NCBI RefSeq assembly: GCF_006345805.1
Contig: NW_021828224.1
Span: forward strand, 1 to 9,016
DNA: 9,016 nucleotides
Origin: Octopus sinensis
Taxonomy: Eukaryota
Reading direction: 5' to 3'
Under the pieces are notes generated by a model. That model was given only the letters and a program-made list of their open reading frames with translations. It was not told where the DNA came from and did not search any database. The number at the start of each line of letters is the position of its first letter. The stretch's first letter is position 1. Shown piece after piece: positions 7,482-9,016 of this stretch. Both the position numbers and the translations under genes were made by a program.

Positions 7482-7936
7482 AATTTTTTGCGTAATGATG
7501 ATAAAAAAAACCAGGCTGTATAGATATTAGAGCATTATAGATAGAAGGTCTTACAGCTGTTTCTAGGATATTAATTAATAATATCCCTTCATCGGAGACG
7601 GTGTGAGAGGATAGTTAAGTCATAGTTAGTTTAGATGAGATACAAAATAGAGGTTGATGTAGAGGAAAGAAAATAGATGCAAGATATGTATGGATATTGA
7701 AGTTGTAAATCCATTTTATAGGCATAATGGTATATATGCAATATTCCAATATCCTATGAATAAAGTCCAAAAGTCCAACAGAGTTTACAATGAGTCCATC
7801 CAAATATAGAGTTTATAAATAATGTAAGATTCCCTTATGAGTGAGATCCAGGAGATTTTTAAACTTGGTCATTCCCAGAAGAGAATTTATATACAGTGTT
7901 GCAGAGTGAAAGGTTTGTATCTAAAGTCACTTTAAA
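7479..7936 (-). mobile_element. inverted copy of the same Penelope-like 3' end, right copy
   Basis: Reverse complement of 6956-7420, with identical coding lesions. Confidence 0.62.
7548..7599 (-). ncRNA. second, identical hammerhead-like motif on the minus strand
   Basis: Exact reverse complement of 7299-7350; predicted cleavage after position 7552 on the minus strand. Confidence 0.6.
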
Positions 7937-8094
7937 TATACATACATATATGTATATATATATACACACATACACACATTGTTACCCACACACACATACG
8001 ATAAATTTAAGTGCAGGTATTAAGAAAATACATGTTACAGCAACCTGAGGATGCTGAAATAATTGATGAACATTTTAACCCCACAACAATTTAG

Positions 8095-8433
8095 GCCAAA
8101 TTTCGTTAATCAGTTAATCAAAAATCATCTTACGCTTTGTTCGAGTTGCCTAAGTAAAAATGTATTTGTCTTAACCCATCCTTAGCGCATATTTCATCTG
8201 TATACAAAATTTCAAGAAAATCGGTTGAAAACTTTGGCAGAAATTTATGGCAGAAAATAACATTCATATGAGGAAATATCCCACTTATTTTTGAAAAGTC
8301 TATGCTTATTTAAAATTATCGATTTTTTTTGAAATTCCAAGTACGTAAGTGTCCGCATGGGCTAAGCCCCACACACGTGTCAAATTTCATCAAGATCGGT
8401 TGGATAGTCTCGGAGGAGTTAAAGTAACAAATT

Positions 8434-8471
<38 letters not shown>

Positions 8472-8516
8472 CACACAGCCAGAAACAGACAGAAATTGCC
8501 ATTTGTGTATAAAGGT
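8095..8516 (-). mobile_element. degenerate Helitron-like (Lep1-type architecture) non-autonomous repeat fragment
   Basis: An AAATTTC...ATC[AG]GTT motif recurs near 8098, 8207 and 8382. GTCTcGGAGGAGTTAA (8407-8422) matches GTCTaGGAGGAGTTAA (3069-3084) of the first element. It is followed by (CA)n and ACAGACAGAAATTGCCATTTGTGTATAAAG. Termini are not intact and boundaries are approximate. Confidence 0.42.
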
Positions 8517-8881
8517 GAAAAAAATTTTCTTAGAATAAAATTTAATTATTATATAAGAAAATCTTAAAACAAATTAAATAATTACACACACACATACACA
8601 CACAAACTGGCATACACAAGCACATACTCGCACACACACACATACACAGACACGTGTCCCATTGCGGCGGTGTCCCCTCCTTATCACAAAAGCAATAATT
8701 AATCCTTTGTCGCCTGTCGATGTACTCAATCGCTTTTTTCGGAGGTTTTCTTAGCTGGGCTCCGCACCTTTCGCGTGACATGGAAGAGTGTATGTTGGTG
8801 TCTCTGCGTGCGTGTGTGTGGTGTGTGTGTGTGTGTGCATGTTTTTATAAATGTGTATATATATATATATAGGTGCATCTG

Positions 8882-9016
8882 TTTGTGTGTCTGTGCTAGT
8901 CCTTAATCATCACTTGACAACCGATGCTGGTGTGTTTACGTCCCCGTAACATAGCAGTTCGGGAAAAGAGACCGATCGTATAAGTAGCAGGCTTACAAAG
9001 AATAAATCCTGGGGGT
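8882..9016 (+). mobile_element. 3' half of a second copy of the SINE at 383-816 (cut by window end)
   Basis: Exact 32-nt match CTTGACAACCGATGCTGGTGTGTTTACGTCCC (632-663 vs 8913-8944), with continued similarity to GGCTTACAAAGAATAA.TCCTGGGG. No tRNA-like head upstream. Confidence 0.9.

Larger units (their letters stand above)
6924..7970. repeat. ~1,047-bp near-perfect spacerless palindrome centred on (TA)29
   Basis: 6924-7420 is the reverse complement of 7479-7970. Manual comparison found no substitutions and only small indels: one TA unit near the outer end, four 1-nt indels, and a 7-nt CCTCTCA duplication at 7281-7294. The centre 7421-7478 is itself self-complementary. Confidence 0.97.

Noticed and set aside
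7089-7803. Two identical 62-aa ORFs on opposite strands as a duplicated gene
   Set aside because: A by-product of the palindrome; the ORF begins inside the frameshifted retroelement tail and reads into its 3' non-coding region.

Overview
AT-rich, microsatellite-dense animal non-coding DNA (intronic or intergenic) with no intact protein-coding gene. Nearly all listed ORFs are translations of (CA)n/(TA)n/(GA)n/(ACC)n repeats. The SINE family and repeat landscape point to an octopus/coleoid cephalopod; this is inferred from recalled families, not from a search. Contents in order: 5' end of a decayed mariner (minus, 1-296); a tRNA-derived CORE-type SINE (383-816); a probable non-autonomous Helitron (minus, 2188-3136); the 3' half of a Tc1-like element with D-x36-E spacing (minus, 3188-~3774); a 121-bp hairpin with a perfect 38-bp stem (4368-4488); two non-repetitive-looking islands with transcription-factor motifs (5300-5704, 8655-8810); a second Helitron-like fragment (~8095-8516); and a 3' SINE fragment (8882-9016). 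The standout is a ~1.05-kb spacerless palindrome (6924-7970) centred on (TA)29. Each arm looks like the 3' end of a Penelope-like retroelement and carries a minimal type I hammerhead-ribozyme-like fold with a non-canonical core, one on each strand. An assembly or amplification fold-back artefact cannot be excluded from sequence alone.
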